A DNA stretch of 64,000 nucleotides from an uncultured Flavobacteriaceae bacterium (GCA_942492305.1 CALOEI010000003.1:123794-187793), one strand, 5' to 3'. Shown: positions 1-9,773, counted from the stretch's first letter. The notes: generated by a model not told the origin, from the letters alone. Numbers and translations are program-made.

Positions 1-333
1 GTTTCTGATGACAAAAACTGGACTTTCTATAATAACATTTTTAATGGAAAAAGTTTAGTAGAAGAATTGAAAGTAACTTCATATCCAACTTATTTACTAT
101 TTGATAAAAATGGAGAATTAATTAGTACACCAGATAATGGAATTGCTGCTGTAGAAAATGAATTAAGCGGAATATTTGGTCACGACTTGACTTTTAAAAC
201 TGAAAGATATAAAGAACTTTCGGAAAAATTCCCCTATTTAATAATTCCATATACAGTATTAGTTTTTCTGATATTACTAATTCAATTATTAATATTTGGA
301 ATTAAGAAGCTGATTGGAAATAAAAAATACTAA
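1..333 (+). CDS. C-terminal part of a TlpA/thioredoxin-like protein with a C-terminal transmembrane helix (5' end outside the window)
   Basis: Frame 1 is open from base 1 (VSDDKNW...LKVTSYPTYLLFDKNGELI). PTYLLFDKNG is the cis-Pro region typical of TlpA/redoxin proteins, and the C-terminus is hydrophobic (YLIIPYTVLVFLILLIQLLIFG). Confidence 0.6.
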   Translation, partial: VSDDKNWTFYNNIFNGKSLVEELKVTSYPTYLLFDKNGELISTPDNGIAAVENELSGIFGHDLTFKTERYKELSEKFPYLIIPYTVLVFLILLIQLLIFGIKKLIGNKKY

Positions 334-480
334 TGCCAACAATGCCGCACAAAAAATTGCTAACTTCAGTAAACTAGAATGTATCGATCATACAAATATT
401 AACTAACGATTTCTACCACCGAAAAAATCTACGATTTTCCAGTCACTCAACTTTCCATACCAAAACTCTTCAAGCAACAA
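328..480 (+). repeat. Degenerate Flavobacterial intergenic repeat (attC-like cassette junction)
   Basis: Begins TACTAATGCCAACAATG overlapping the stop codon. It has imperfect arms AAAAAATTGC...TCAACTTTCC, an internal hairpin GAAAAAATC-TAC-GATTTTCC and a degenerate right end AAAACTCTTCAAGCAAC before the next gene. Family resemblance is from memory. Confidence 0.5.
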
Positions 481-499
481 TATTAAAAAACAAATAACT

Positions 500-1147
500 A
501 TGAAAAAAATTGCCATTCTTTTTTTGATTACAATGTTAAGTATAAGTTGTAACAAAACCGACAAAAAAATTGATTATGCAAATGTTTTAGAAAATTGCTT
601 TTCAACTACTGAAATTGAAATTTTAAACGAGGCCTGCGCTTTATTTGAATCTCAATTATCCGAGAATTATCCAAATGAGCCAATGGGAATTAAATACAAA
701 CAATTTCTAAATGATATTGGTTCTATAAATGCGCCTATTGCTTTATTAAAAAATACTCCTAAAACTATAGTAACTGAATTGAAAAATTCAAGTGCGTTTG
801 ATAAAATTTGGATTAAATATTCAGATACTTATTATGAAGATGATTCACACGAAATTCAAGTGGAAACCAACTTAAAAAACACTGAAAACGAAACGGAGTT
901 TACTCCAAAAGATTTTTATATCACAAATCCAAAAGGTGCATATTTAGAATGTTTAATTTCTAATCAAAAAAATAACTATGTTAATGAGTATTTAACGTCT
1001 TTAAAAGAAATTGGTGATATAAGTCCTACTATTTTAGCTCAAGGCTTAGTAAGTGCTATGGAAGATAATGATTACAATGATAAAACTGTGAGATTGATAA
1101 TTGCCATTAATTTATTTTACGAGTTAGAGTTGAACATGGCATCATAA
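500..1147 (+). CDS. Hypothetical lipoprotein
   Basis: 215 aa ORF with a signal peptide II and lipobox (MKKIAILFLITMLSISC). Confidence 0.75.
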   Translation: MKKIAILFLITMLSISCNKTDKKIDYANVLENCFSTTEIEILNEACALFESQLSENYPNEPMGIKYKQFLNDIGSINAPIALLKNTPKTIVTELKNSSAFDKIWIKYSDTYYEDDSHEIQVETNLKNTENETEFTPKDFYITNPKGAYLECLISNQKNNYVNEYLTSLKEIGDISPTILAQGLVSAMEDNDYNDKTVRLIIAINLFYELELNMAS

Positions 1148-1185
1148 AAATACCGTAGGCAATAACTTATAAAATCTACGTGTAA

Positions 1186-1659
1186 ATGAAACCAAGAATA
1201 GAAATATTACAAACTAAAAAACTGGTTGGAAAAAGCTTGAAAATGAGCTTAACCAACAATAAAACCGGTGAGCTTTGGGGAAGTTTTGCGCCTAAAATTA
1301 AAGACATTAAAAATAAATGTACTACCGATAAAATTTCTATGCAGGTTTATGATGCTTCTTACCATACAAATTTTAATCCCAATAAAGAATTTGAAAAATG
1401 GGCAACGGTTGAAGTAGCCGATTTTAAAGATGTTTCAAATGAAATGGAAACGTTTACCTTAAATGGAGGCAAATATGCAGTTTTTGATTATAAAGGTTCT
1501 AGCAGCGATAGCAGTACTTTTTTTCAGTATATTTTTATGACTTGGTTACCAAATTCAGAATATCAATTAGACAATAGACCACATTTTGAAGTTTTAGGAG
1601 CAAAATATAAAAATAACGATCCGAGCTCTGAAGAAGAAATATGGATTCCAATAAAATAG
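1186..1659 (+). CDS. GyrI-like small-molecule-binding domain protein (AraC effector-binding family)
   Basis: Motifs GGKYAVFDYKG, YIFMTWLPNSEYQLDNRPHFE and EEEIWIPIK. Confidence 0.85.
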   Translation: MKPRIEILQTKKLVGKSLKMSLTNNKTGELWGSFAPKIKDIKNKCTTDKISMQVYDASYHTNFNPNKEFEKWATVEVADFKDVSNEMETFTLNGGKYAVFDYKGSSSDSSTFFQYIFMTWLPNSEYQLDNRPHFEVLGAKYKNNDPSSEEEIWIPIK

Positions 1660-1686
1660 GAGTGGAGCATAGTAGCTAAAGCTAGT

Positions 1687-2610
1687 TTAGCTAATTAATG
1701 ATTCAATTTTAGCAATTATTTCAGTAGTATCAGTTGTAAAATCAAACCAATTAATTGATGGGTCTTTTTTATTCCAGGTAACTTGTCTTTTTGCAAATCT
1801 TCGCGTGTTTTTTTTAATTTCTTCTATGGCAAATTCTAAAGTGTATTTACCATCTAAATAATCAAATAATTCTTTGTAACCAACGGTTTGTAAAGCATTC
1901 AGATTTTTATAAGGATGTAATTTTTTAGCTTCATCTAATAAACCTTGTTGTATCATAATATCTACACGTTGGTTAATACGGTTGTACATTAGTGTTCTAT
2001 CAGCAAAAAGTCCAATTTTTATTGGCGTAAAATTACGCGTTGCTTTAGGTTTGTTTTTAAATTCAGCATATGTTTTTCCTGTTCCAATGCAAATTTCAAG
2101 CGCTCTAATTAAGCGGTGCGGATTCTCAATTTCAATTGAGGCATACGATTCAGGGTCTAATTCTTTTAATTGATTTTGAAGGCTTAAAATGCCGTTATTT
2201 TCGAGTTCTAGGTTTAAATTGGTTCTAATTTCTGGTGCAACTTCTGGAAAATAATCCAAACCATTTAGTACTGCATTGGTATATAAACCACTGCCACCAA
2301 CCATAATTACAATGTTATTTTTTAAAAATAGGGTGTCTAGTTTTTTTAATGCATCTTTTTCAAATTGTCCAACGCTATACATATCAAAAATGGATCTATT
2401 TTGAATAAAATGGTGTGTTGCTGCATTTAACTCATCTTCAGTTGGAACTGCAGTACCAATATTCATTTCTTTATAAAATTGGCGTGAATCACTAGAAATT
2501 ATTTCGGTATTAAAATGTTGTGCAAGTTGTATACTTAATGCCGTTTTTCCAATAGCAGTTGCACCAACTACTGTAATTAAATAATTAATCATCGTGCAGT
2601 TTTTTACCAC
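1687..2610 (-). CDS. miaA: tRNA dimethylallyltransferase (start probably the second Met, about 2592)
   Basis: P-loop VGATAIGKT, plus DSRQFY, VGGSGLY, TVGYKE and TRRFAKRQ. Confidence 0.95.
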   Translation of the reverse strand: MVKNCTMINYLITVVGATAIGKTALSIQLAQHFNTEIISSDSRQFYKEMNIGTAVPTEDELNAATHHFIQNRSIFDMYSVGQFEKDALKKLDTLFLKNNIVIMVGGSGLYTNAVLNGLDYFPEVAPEIRTNLNLELENNGILSLQNQLKELDPESYASIEIENPHRLIRALEICIGTGKTYAEFKNKPKATRNFTPIKIGLFADRTLMYNRINQRVDIMIQQGLLDEAKKLHPYKNLNALQTVGYKELFDYLDGKYTLEFAIEEIKKNTRRFAKRQVTWNKKDPSINWFDFTTDTTEIIAKIESLIS

Positions 2611-3415
2611 ATTTATTACAGTATTCTGCGTTGTCTAAATGTTTATCAAATCCGCAAAATTTACAGTGTAGTGTATTTGCATGCACTGTAGTATCTTTTT
2701 TAGTCATTTCTGATGTAACAATTCCTGTTGGAATAGCAATAATTCCGTAACCTAAAATCATAACAATACTAGCAATAAATTGACCCATTGGAGTATGAGG
2801 TGCAATATCTCCATAACCAACTGTAGTTAAGGTAACTATTGCCCAGTACATACTGTAAGGAATACTTGTAAAGCCATTTTTTGGACCTTCAATTAAATAC
2901 ATTATTGTACCTAAAATAACGGTTAATAATATTACAACAAATAAAAATACAGAGATCTTTATTCTGCTAGCATATAGTGCTTCGGCTAATGTTCTAGAAG
3001 CACCTAAATAACGGGTTAATTTTAAAATTCTAAAAACTCTAAGTAACCTTAATGCTCTTAATGCTACAAGTGCGTGTGTACCTACAAAAATTAACGAAAG
3101 GTATTTAGGAATGGTTGCTAATAAATCTATAACACCATAAAAACTAAATATATAGGAACTTGGTTTTTTAATAGAAATTATACGTGCAATATATTCTATG
3201 GTAAATAAGATGGTTATAACCCATTCAGAAATATTAAGAAAATTATGATAATCTCTGTCAAAACTTTCAACACTTTCTAACATTACCAAAATAATACTTG
3301 CAATAATGGCAAAAATTAAAATAATATCGAACAGTTTGCCGTTAGGCGTGTCAGCTTCATAAATAATTTCATGAAGTTTAACTTTCCAATGTCTCGTGTC
3401 TTTTTGTTTTTCCAA
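2585..3415 (-). CDS. Voltage-gated potassium channel / ion transporter with C-terminal zinc ribbon
   Basis: S4 segment RALRLLRVFRILK, selectivity filter TTVGYGD and C-terminal CxxC...CxxC. Confidence 0.9.
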   Translation of the reverse strand: MEKQKDTRHWKVKLHEIIYEADTPNGKLFDIILIFAIIASIILVMLESVESFDRDYHNFLNISEWVITILFTIEYIARIISIKKPSSYIFSFYGVIDLLATIPKYLSLIFVGTHALVALRALRLLRVFRILKLTRYLGASRTLAEALYASRIKISVFLFVVILLTVILGTIMYLIEGPKNGFTSIPYSMYWAIVTLTTVGYGDIAPHTPMGQFIASIVMILGYGIIAIPTGIVTSEMTKKDTTVHANTLHCKFCGFDKHLDNAEYCNKCGKKLHDD

Positions 3416-3461
3416 TTTAGCGTATTACTTAATTTTTACTAAAATAAAATAATTATTTTAA

Positions 3462-4541
3462 TTAAAACCGGATTAACTTTTCAACTTTATTTCTTTGTAG
3501 ATATTTTTTTATGGTACACCTATTATGAATAGAATCTTCCATAGGTGAAATAATATTCCTTAAAATTTCAATATTATTTATTTGATGCGCTAAATCTGTA
3601 TAGCAAAAACCTTTAAATTCGTTATTTTCAATTAATAAAACCGATTTTTCTCCAACATTTCTTCCTCTATCAATAACAAGTAAGTTGCTATTACTAAACT
3701 CAATTTTTGTAAAATTAGGCTTTTGTTTAAAGTTATATTTAGGTTTATTAATTTTAAGTTCTTCAATGTGTTTTAGTTGTGCAATAAGTTCACTTCCCGT
3801 TATTTCATAAGTTACTGAAACAACTGCGGCTTGTAGTGTTTTCGCTTTTTTTGAAGTTCTTAAAAACAACTGATTTACTGTTTTTCTTATATTTCTTCCT
3901 TTCCCAATATACAAAATTGTTCTTTCCATATTATGTACATAAAACAATCCTGCTTTTGCTGGTAATTCATCTAAAATTGTTAAAAGTTTTGGTGCTAATT
4001 TTCTAGAATTATCAGTTTTAATGGCTTTTTTAATAATTTCTTTTCCGAAATCTCTATTTAATAGTAATTTAAATAATTGTACAGTTGCAATTGCATCTCC
4101 ATCTGCTCTATGTCGACTAGAAACAGGAATACCAAGTGCTCTACACAATTTTCCTAATTTGTATGAATTTTGTTCAGGAATTAATTTTTGACTTAATTCT
4201 ACGGTACATAAAGTTTCTCTTTCAAACTCATAACCTAAGCGTCTAAATTCTGTAGTTAAAATACGGTTATCAAAATTTGCATTATGGGCAACTAAAACAC
4301 AATCTGTAGTTATTTCGACAATACGTTTTGCTACTTCATGAAATTTTGGAGCATTTTTCAACATGCCATTATTAATTCCAGTTAAATTAACTACAAAGGG
4401 CTGTATGTCTTTTTCTGGGTTAACTAAACTAATAAATTGATCTACTACTTGATCTCCATCAAATTTATAAATTGCAATTTCTGTAATTCCTTCTTCATCG
4501 AATTTACCGCCAGTGGTTTCTATGTCTAAAACTGCGTACAA
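3462..4541 (-). CDS. DnaQ-like 3'-5' exonuclease (Pol III epsilon family) fused to a degenerate GIY-YIG domain
   Basis: Likely TTG start at 4541 (MYAVLDIETTGG). DEDDh motifs DIETT, VAHNANFD and HRADGDA, followed by GLFY...YIGKG. Confidence 0.85.
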   Translation of the reverse strand: MYAVLDIETTGGKFDEEGITEIAIYKFDGDQVVDQFISLVNPEKDIQPFVVNLTGINNGMLKNAPKFHEVAKRIVEITTDCVLVAHNANFDNRILTTEFRRLGYEFERETLCTVELSQKLIPEQNSYKLGKLCRALGIPVSSRHRADGDAIATVQLFKLLLNRDFGKEIIKKAIKTDNSRKLAPKLLTILDELPAKAGLFYVHNMERTILYIGKGRNIRKTVNQLFLRTSKKAKTLQAAVVSVTYEITGSELIAQLKHIEELKINKPKYNFKQKPNFTKIEFSNSNLLVIDRGRNVGEKSVLLIENNEFKGFCYTDLAHQINNIEILRNIISPMEDSIHNRCTIKKYLQRNKVEKLIRF

Positions 4542-4542
4542 A

Positions 4543-5211
4543 TTAATTATAGTTTCTAGTTCCAAAAATTGCACTTCCAACCCTAACCATAGTACTACCT
4601 TCTTCAATGGCTATTTGGTAATCTCCGCTCATTCCCATAGAAATTATTGTTGGATTAAAATTTGTTAAATTATGATTCTTTAAGTTATTAAAATAGTTTT
4701 TCAAATTTTTAAACTCAGCTCTAATAATTGTTTCGTCTTCTGTAAAACTAGCCATTCCCATTAAACCTTGAATATTAATGTTAGAAAGATTTTTAAAATC
4801 TTCCGAAGATACTAATTTTTCAGCTTCATCAAAAGAAAGTCCGAATTTGGTATCTTCTTTAGCTATTTTAATTTGTAATAAACAATTTATAACTCTATTA
4901 TTTTTTAAAGCTTGTTTATTTATTTCTTTTAAAGTTTTAAGGCTATCTACGCCGTGAATTAAATGCACAAAACTAGCCATGTATTTTACTTTGTTGCGTT
5001 GTAGATGACCAATCATATGCCATTCAATATCTTTTGGTAGCACTTGATATTTTTCAACCAATTCCTGAATTTTGTTTTCACCAAATATACGCTGACCAGC
5101 ATTATAGGCTTCTAAAATATCAGAAATTGGCTTTGTTTTTGAAACTGCAACCAATTTTACATGGTGCGGAATGGATTTTGTTAAGAGTTTTATGTTGTCT
5201 GAAATACTCAC
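4543..5211 (-). CDS. yggS: YggS family pyridoxal phosphate homeostasis protein
   Basis: LVAVSKTKP, FGENKIQE, WHMIGHLQRNK, SMGMSGDY and VRVGSAIFG. Confidence 0.95.
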   Translation of the reverse strand: MSISDNIKLLTKSIPHHVKLVAVSKTKPISDILEAYNAGQRIFGENKIQELVEKYQVLPKDIEWHMIGHLQRNKVKYMASFVHLIHGVDSLKTLKEINKQALKNNRVINCLLQIKIAKEDTKFGLSFDEAEKLVSSEDFKNLSNINIQGLMGMASFTEDETIIRAEFKNLKNYFNNLKNHNLTNFNPTIISMGMSGDYQIAIEEGSTMVRVGSAIFGTRNYN

Positions 5212-5214
5212 TAA

Positions 5215-6474
5215 CTATTCATTAATTTTATTAATTACCAATCCAGATCTCAATTTTGGTTCAAACCAAGTTACTTTAGGAGGCATAATATTGTTGGTAT
5301 CAGCAATATTCATTAATTGTTTCATGCTTACAGGATATAATGCAAATGCAACTGCCATTTCACCGCTATCAACGCGCTTACTTAGTTCAGATAATCCTCT
5401 TATACCACCCACAAAATCTATTCTGGTATCAGTTCTTAAATCTTTAATATTTAAGATAGGTTCTAAAATATATTTTGATAAAACACTAACATCTAAACTA
5501 TCTATAGGGTTATTATCATCAAAAGTGTTATTTTTTGCTGTTAAACCATACCATTTTCCATCTAAATACATAGATAAATCGTGTAATTTGTTAGGTTTTA
5601 TGATAGATTCATTAATTTCTGTAATATTGAAATTTTCACCTATTTTAGTTAAAAATTCAGAAGTACTTAATCCATTTAAATCTTTAACAACTCGGTTGTA
5701 ATCAATTATTTGTAATTGATTATCTGGAAAATGTACTGCCATAAAATAATTATAAGCTTCATTTCCAGTATGATTTGGGTTTTTTGCACGAAATTCCTCA
5801 CTCATACCTGCAGCCGCCGCCGTTCTATGATGTCCATCTGCAACATAGGTGTTTGGTACTTTTTCTTTAAAAAGTTGTTCTATTTTTTTATTTACTGCTG
5901 CATCTTGAATTATCCAAAAATGATGACCAAAACCATCTTCGGCAGTAAAATCGTATTCTGCTTTATTGTTTGTTACAATATCTGAAACAATTGCATCTAT
6001 TTCAGGAACAGCTCTATATGTAAAAAATACAGGTTCAATATTTGCTTCTAAAATTCTAGAAAGTACTTTTCTGTCTTCTTCTTTATCTGGACGTGTTAAT
6101 TCGTGCTTTTTAATTACACCATCAATATAATCTTGGCAAGAAGCTGCACCAACAATACCATATTGCGTTTTACCGTTCATGGTTTGCGCATAAATGTAGT
6201 ATTTAGCCTCTTTATCTTGAATTAAAAAGTTTTTATTTTGAAATGCTTCAAAATTATCTTTGGCATGTAAATACACTTTTTTATCGTGTGAGTCCGTACC
6301 TTTTTCTAATTCAATTTCTGCGTGAGTAATTCTTAATAGTGATGCTTCTTTTCCGCTTGCCATTTGCGCAGCTTCTTCAGAGTTCATAACATCATAAGGT
6401 AAACATGCAATTTCTTCTACAATTTCTTTAGGAGGTCTTAATCCTTTAAAAGGTTTAATTATTGCCATAACCAA
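5215..6474 (-). CDS. DUF1015 family protein (ParB/Srx-like DGHHR motif)
   Basis: N-terminal IKPFKGLRP...PYDV, IKKHELTR, ADGHHR and C-terminal MPPKVTWFEPKLRSGL. Confidence 0.9.
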   Translation of the reverse strand: MVMAIIKPFKGLRPPKEIVEEIACLPYDVMNSEEAAQMASGKEASLLRITHAEIELEKGTDSHDKKVYLHAKDNFEAFQNKNFLIQDKEAKYYIYAQTMNGKTQYGIVGAASCQDYIDGVIKKHELTRPDKEEDRKVLSRILEANIEPVFFTYRAVPEIDAIVSDIVTNNKAEYDFTAEDGFGHHFWIIQDAAVNKKIEQLFKEKVPNTYVADGHHRTAAAAGMSEEFRAKNPNHTGNEAYNYFMAVHFPDNQLQIIDYNRVVKDLNGLSTSEFLTKIGENFNITEINESIIKPNKLHDLSMYLDGKWYGLTAKNNTFDDNNPIDSLDVSVLSKYILEPILNIKDLRTDTRIDFVGGIRGLSELSKRVDSGEMAVAFALYPVSMKQLMNIADTNNIMPPKVTWFEPKLRSGLVINKINE

Positions 6475-6531
6475 TAAGTTTTTTTTAGATTAAATTTAAC
6501 TTAAAATATAAAATTTCAGTTTCTTTAAACT

Positions 6532-6563
6532 AAAAAAGACTGTCTGAATGGACAGTCTTTTTT
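6532..6563. terminator. Intrinsic terminator after serA (bidirectional form)
   Basis: AAAAAAGACTGTC-TGAATG-GACAGTCTTTTTT. Confidence 0.8.
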
Positions 6564-6571
6564 AAATATAT

Positions 6572-7522
6572 TTATTTTAAAATTTCAATTATTTGTGATG
6601 CTAATTCAGTACCAATTCTATCTTGTGCTTCACCAGTTGCAGCACCAATATGTGGTGTTAAGGATAAGCCAGGGTTCATTAATAACTGAATTTCAGGTGT
6701 TGGTTCGTTTTCAAAAACATCTAAAGCTGCACCAGCAATTTTTCCGCTTTCTAACGCTTTTACCAAAGCAACTTCATCTACAACACCACCACGAGCAGCA
6801 TTTACTAAAAATGCTCCATCTTTCATTGTTTCAAACTCTTTTGTAGAAATTACATAGTCTTTTTGAGCAGGAACGTGTAATGTAACAAAATCAGCTTGTT
6901 TTAACACTTCTTCTTTACTAATAGTATTTATATTAAAGAACACCGATTGTCCGTCAAAAAATTCTAATTCTAAATTAACAGCATCAATAAATGGATCAAA
7001 AGCAATCACATTCATTCCAAGTCCTAAACCAATTTTAGCAGTAGCTTGTCCAATACGTCCAAAGCCAATTACACCTAAAGTTTTTCCTTTTAACTCAACG
7101 CCTTTTGCGTATGATTTTTTTAATACTTTAAATTTGGAATCTCCTTCTAAAGGCATATTTCTGTTAGAATCGTGTAAAAAACGTGCCATTCCAAATAAAT
7201 GAGCAAAAACCAATTCTCCAACAGAATGAGAAGATGCTGCTGGCGTATTTATTACGTGCAATCCTTTTTCACGTGCATATTCCACATCTATATTATCCAT
7301 ACCAACACCGCCACGTCCAATAATTTTTAATGAAGGGCAATTGTCAATAATATCTTTTCTAACTTGTGTAGCACTTCTAACAAGTATTACATCAATTTCA
7401 TTTTTATTGATATAATCTACTAATTGATCTTGAGCTACTGTTGTTAAATCTACTTCAAAACCACTTAACCCTAATGCTGCGATACCGCTTTTGGCTAATC
7501 CGTCGTTTGCTAATACTTTCAT
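6572..7522 (-). CDS. serA: D-3-phosphoglycerate dehydrogenase (short form without ACT domain)
   Basis: Start MKVLANDG. Motifs RGGVGMDNID, GFGRIG, NAARGG and TPHIGAAT; directly downstream of serC. Confidence 0.9.
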   Translation of the reverse strand: MKVLANDGLAKSGIAALGLSGFEVDLTTVAQDQLVDYINKNEIDVILVRSATQVRKDIIDNCPSLKIIGRGGVGMDNIDVEYAREKGLHVINTPAASSHSVGELVFAHLFGMARFLHDSNRNMPLEGDSKFKVLKKSYAKGVELKGKTLGVIGFGRIGQATAKIGLGLGMNVIAFDPFIDAVNLELEFFDGQSVFFNINTISKEEVLKQADFVTLHVPAQKDYVISTKEFETMKDGAFLVNAARGGVVDEVALVKALESGKIAGAALDVFENEPTPEIQLLMNPGLSLTPHIGAATGEAQDRIGTELASQIIEILK

Positions 7523-7541
7523 TTTATTTAGATTTTTTAGT

Positions 7542-8612
7542 TTATGAAACTTGTTTTTCAAGTTGTTGCATAACATCAACTAAAACTTGAATACTTTCTA
7601 TTGGCATTGCATTATAAATACTTGCTCTATAACCACCAACTGATCTATGTCCTTTAATTCCACTAACACCTGCTGCATTCCAAAGGTTGTCGAAGGTTTC
7701 TTTGTGGGCATCGTTAGCTAGTGTAAAAGTAACATTCATTAAAGAACGGTCTTCTTTTGCTGCAAAACCGTTAAAAAGAGGATTTCTATCAATCTCTGCA
7801 TATAACAACGCAGCTTTTTCTTCATTTATTTTTTCAATAGCTGGTATTCCTCCTAAATCTTTTAACCATTGTAACGTTAACATAGAAACATATACTGGAA
7901 AAACTGGAGGTGTGTTAAACATACTGTCTTTACTAATATGAACTTGATAATCTAACATTGCAGGGATTGTTCTTCCTGTTTTGCCAAGAATTTCATCTTT
8001 TACAACAACTAGAGTAGTACCTGCTGGACCCATATTTTTTTGGGCTCCTGCATAAATTAAATCGAATTGAGAAAAATCTAATTGACGTGAGAAAATATCT
8101 GAACTCATATCACAAACTAATAAACTATCAGTTTTTGGAAATTCTTTAAATTGAGTTCCGTAAATAGTGTTATTTGAAGTTACGTGGATGTAATCTACAT
8201 CAGTTGGTACTGTGTAGTTTTTTGGGATATGATTGTATGTTTTATCTTTTGATGAAGCAAAAACATTTACTTCTCCAAATTGTTTAGCTTCTTTAATTGC
8301 TTTTGAACTCCAAGCACCTGTATCTATGTACCCTGCTTTTCCATCAATTTTCATTAAATTATAGGCTGTCATTAAAAATTCTAAACTAGCACCACCTTGT
8401 AAAAATAGTACTGAATACCCTTCAGGTAAATTTAATAATTCCTTTACTAAATTACGTGCGTTCTCCATCACTTCAACAAATTCTTTGCTTCTATGAGAGA
8501 TTTCTATTAATGATAAATCTATACCATTAAAGTTAACTACAGCATCTGATGCTTTTTTTAAAACTTCCTGTGGTAAAATGCAAGGACCTGCACTAAAATT
8601 ATGTTTTTTCAT
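7542..8612 (-). CDS. serC: Phosphoserine aminotransferase
   Basis: HNFSAGP, LFLQGGA, YAGAQKNMGP and GHRSVGGYRAS. Confidence 0.96.
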   Translation of the reverse strand: MKKHNFSAGPCILPQEVLKKASDAVVNFNGIDLSLIEISHRSKEFVEVMENARNLVKELLNLPEGYSVLFLQGGASLEFLMTAYNLMKIDGKAGYIDTGAWSSKAIKEAKQFGEVNVFASSKDKTYNHIPKNYTVPTDVDYIHVTSNNTIYGTQFKEFPKTDSLLVCDMSSDIFSRQLDFSQFDLIYAGAQKNMGPAGTTLVVVKDEILGKTGRTIPAMLDYQVHISKDSMFNTPPVFPVYVSMLTLQWLKDLGGIPAIEKINEEKAALLYAEIDRNPLFNGFAAKEDRSLMNVTFTLANDAHKETFDNLWNAAGVSGIKGHRSVGGYRASIYNAMPIESIQVLVDVMQQLEKQVS

Positions 8613-8695
8613 TTGTATTGAATTATGAATTAAATTCTATCACAAATTTCGTAAAAAAAATACAAACAGCATCTATATATCTACTAAAAAAAAGA

Positions 8696-9758
8696 TTATA
8701 ATTTTATTAAAAAATCAATTGTATTAATATCATCTGCGTAATTCCATAATTTTGGATGTTGAGTTTCACCGAATTTTACGAAATCTACAACGTTTTCGTT
8801 GGAAACGATGCACTGTATTTGATCACTTTCTTTAGTTAATTTTTGTAATAAATTTTCATAAGAATTGTAAAATTCATAAAACAATGTGGCAATTGGAGAA
8901 GCGTAATTAGAATCTTCTTTTAGCATTACAAAACCGTTCTCTAAAATATTAAACTGACTCATAATATAAACGGCTTTATTGTAGTCGTAATTGTTCTCGT
9001 ATTTTTTGTAATTTATAATGTTATTAAACTTATAAAATGCATTAAAAAGAAGATCGAAATTATAATTTTCAGGAACAAAAATTTTAGAAACACTTCTACA
9101 TCCTAATCCAAAATATTGAAAAATATCTTCACCTAAAGCTTCTAATTCTTCTTTAGTTTCATTTCCTGTTAAAATTGCTACAGAATTTCTATTTTTTCTA
9201 ATTATTGAAGGATATTTACCAAAATAATGTTCAAAATAACGTGCGGTATTATTACTTCCAGTAGCTATAACTGCATCAAAATTGGCTAAATTATTTTCAG
9301 TAAATGTTATTTTATTTTTAAAAGAAGGGTATAAATGTTCTAGATATTTTGCTATTAAAGGTAAAAAATGTTTATCGTTTGAAGATTGTTTTACAATGGT
9401 ATTATGTCCGGTTATTAATACTGATAAAAAATCGTGAAACCCAACTAAAGGTATGTTTCCAGCCATAACAATAGCAACTGTTTTTACAGTGTTAGAATTA
9501 TTAAAATTATATGCTGAAGTCCAAGCAATTAAATTCTCTTTAGTAAGTGTTTTATTCCAACTTTCAAAAGCTTTTAAAACATTATCTTTTGTAAACCAAC
9601 CATTAAATTCTTGCGCTCTTTCTATTTGTATTTTAAAAGCATCAAAAAATAGGGTATTTGTTTCGGAAGTGTCTTTTTTTTAGAATTGCATTAGTAGTAA
9701 ACTGACCAAAAAATTCTCCAAGTTTTGCAAAGGCTTCAATGCGTTGCTCTAAATTCAT
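8696..9758 (-). CDS. Acyl-CoA reductase (LuxC-like); one frameshift near 9680, probably a sequencing error
   Basis: Starts MNLEQRIEAFAKLG at 9758 and shifts frame near an A-run. Continues NGWFT...MAGNIPLVGFHD, ATGSNNTARYF and FGLGCRSVSK. Confidence 0.8.
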
Positions 9759-9773
9759 ATTTAAATATAATTT

